A stretch of DNA of 6,269 nucleotides from NCBI GenBank assembly GCA_027031765.1, contig JALVPN010000045.1:1-6269 (forward strand), written 5' to 3'. Shown piece after piece: positions 5,661 to 6,269 of this stretch. How positions within the stretch are numbered: position 1 is the first letter of the stretch; each line of letters opens with the position of its first letter. The stretch is from Promethearchaeota archaeon. GTDB taxonomy: Archaea > Asgardarchaeota > Thorarchaeia > Thorarchaeales > Thorarchaeaceae. Below the pieces are notes generated by a model. It did not search any database, was not told where the DNA came from, and saw only the letters and a list, made by a program, of their open reading frames with translations. Both the position numbers and the translations under genes were made by a program.

Positions 5661-6269
5661 ATGCACGACAGCTCGTATGACTATACTGTTGACGACCTGA
5701 GCTGGGTGCCGCGGTTCATGAGTGAGGTCAGGGACTACTTCTTTGCCAGAGAGGAGGACAACCTGCTCATCCTGCGGCCGAACCGTGTCATGCACCTCAA
5801 CGAGACTGCCACGCTGATGCTGAGGATGCTACTCGATGGTGCGTCCCCGGAAGAGGTCGTGCAGCACTTCGTTGAGCAGCGTGGTGCAGACAGGCAGCGT
5901 GTGGTCAACGACCTCATGGCCTTCGTGAGCGACCTGCGTGACATGACCTGTGGTGTGACCAACATATACGCGCTCAGGACCGCCCGGACTGCACCCTTCG
6001 GCTCCCAAGAGGTGAGGTACCCGGTGCTGAGCGAGATAGCAGTGACATACCGTTGCAACAACAGGTGCCTGTTCTGTTATGCGTACTCGCCCTACCGGGA
6101 GAGCGGTGAGATGACAACCGAGCAGGTGAAGCGCGTCATCGATATCATTGCGGACGACGCCCACGTACCGAGCCTCTCCTTCACCGGTGGCGAGCCCACA
6201 CTGCGGGACGACCTCCCCGAACTCATCCGCCACGCACGCACAAAGGGCCTGAGGCCCTTTGTGCGTGCG
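5661..6269 (+). CDS. PqqD/RRE-domain radical SAM protein (probable peptide/protein maturase), 3'-truncated; absent from the supplied ORF track
   Basis: Manual translation from ATG 5661 (GGGGT 6 nt upstream) stays open to the window end for 203 codons: MHDSSYDYTVDDLSWVPRFMSEVRDYFFAREEDNLLILRPNRVMHLNETATLMLRMLLDGASPEEVVQHFVEQRGADRQRVVNDLMAFVSDLRDM...PVLSEIAVTYRCNNRCLFCYAYSPYRESGEMTTEQVKRVIDIIADDAHVPSLSFTGGEPTLRDDLPELIRHARTKGL. The PqqD-like LNETA...LDG..EEV motif lies at ~5736-5945, CxxxCxxC (CNNRCLFC) at 6054-6077 and GGEP at 6186-6197. Confidence 0.93.
   Translation, partial: MHDSSYDYTVDDLSWVPRFMSEVRDYFFAREEDNLLILRPNRVMHLNETATLMLRMLLDGASPEEVVQHFVEQRGADRQRVVNDLMAFVSDLRDMTCGVTNIYALRTARTAPFGSQEVRYPVLSEIAVTYRCNNRCLFCYAYSPYRESGEMTTEQVKRVIDIIADDAHVPSLSFTGGEPTLRDDLPELIRHARTKGLRPFVRA
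6233..6269. other. Perfect 18-bp fold-back palindrome at the sequence end, probable assembly or library artefact
   Basis: cgcacgcacaaagggcct (6233-6250), then g, then aggccctttgtgcgtgcg (6252-6269). The right arm is the exact reverse complement of the left and ends at the last base of the window. Confidence 0.8.

Noticed and set aside
4921-6233. ORFs 4921..5481 (+), 5735..6061 (-) and 5829..6233 (-)
   Set aside because: They are antisense shadows of the 132-aa gene and the RRE-radical SAM gene.

Overview
GC-rich window (roughly 60% by eye) with archaeal features: GGGGTGA-type Shine-Dalgarno sites, a DUF99 gene and an extended small GTPase. An Asgard/Thorarchaeota-like origin is my inference only. 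Left to right it holds a 5'-truncated M29-type aminopeptidase (+), then four minus-strand genes: a DUF99/endonuclease-V-like protein, a Ras-superfamily GTPase with an ~135-aa N-terminal extension, a ~719-aa type I membrane protein and a 132-aa hypothetical protein. Divergent from these is a 3'-truncated PqqD/RRE-radical SAM fusion (5661..>6269) that the ORF track missed because it has no stop codon in the window. The main observation is that the membrane protein ends in a predicted cytoplasmic tail, CVSHDA(CHSA)3CV(CHSA)3CVSGGFR, which looks like a radical-SAM RiPP core peptide fused to a large membrane protein. This suggests an uncharacterised membrane-tethered RiPP-like or protein-modification system. 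The last 37 nt form a perfect fold-back and are probably an assembly artefact.
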